25,060 bases of DNA from a virus (Duplodnaviria; Caudoviricetes): IMG/VR virus record IMGVR_UViG_3300049173_000007, positions 1 to 25,060 of that record. One strand, 5' to 3'. The first letter of the stretch is position 1, and every line of letters starts with the position of its first letter. A program made the translations under genes and the position numbers. The notes under the pieces are model-generated. The model worked only from the letters and a program-made list of their open reading frames with translations, searched no databases and was not told the origin of the DNA. Of the stretch, positions 24,915-25,060 are shown in pieces.

Positions 24915-25060
24915 GTGTCTGAACGCTCCGTTATTGTCCGGATCAAGGCCGAGATCGGCGACTTCCGCAAGAACATGGCGGAAGCATCGAAGGTCACGGC
25001 CGAGGTCGGTAAGACCGCGACGGAGACGGCCGCCAAGTCCACGTCGGCTCTTGGTCAGAT
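24915..25060 (+). CDS. Tape measure protein, 5' end (truncated by the window edge)
   Basis: GTG after GGAGGG. SERSVIVRIKAEIGDFRKNM is a typical tape measure N-terminus. Confidence 0.82.
   Translation, partial: MSERSVIVRIKAEIGDFRKNMAEASKVTAEVGKTATETAAKSTSALGQ

Overview
GC-rich actinobacterial siphophage or prophage DNA, most like Arthrobacter/Micrococcaceae temperate phages. Almost all real genes are on the + strand with tight start/stop overlaps. Positions 1-10411 hold a replication/modification block: SNF2-like helicase, beta-class amino-MTase, HNH, HTH, a phage-encoded DnaN clamp, C5-cytosine MTase, Rep-like protein with a candidate iteron origin, DUF3310, RusA and a Zn/HTH putative late regulator. 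Positions 10412-10888 are non-coding: promoter, terminator, dense hairpins and a degenerate tRNA-like element. A three-gene fibre-like structural cassette follows, unusually placed upstream of the packaging genes. Next come the HNH, a candidate cos (CGCCGGTGA) beside two perfect tandem DnaA boxes, TerS, a TerL split into two ORFs, portal, MuF-like protein, scaffold, decoration protein, capsid, connectors, major tail, a -1 frameshifted tail chaperone, an antisense membrane moron and the tape measure start. The window reads through the candidate cos, so it probably comes from an integrated or circularised genome. The best leads are the structured-RNA/tRNA-like leader with its fibre cassette, a clamp-binding motif in the MTase near the phage clamp, and the DnaA boxes at cos. 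All calls are from motif recognition by eye; no searches or folding programs were run.
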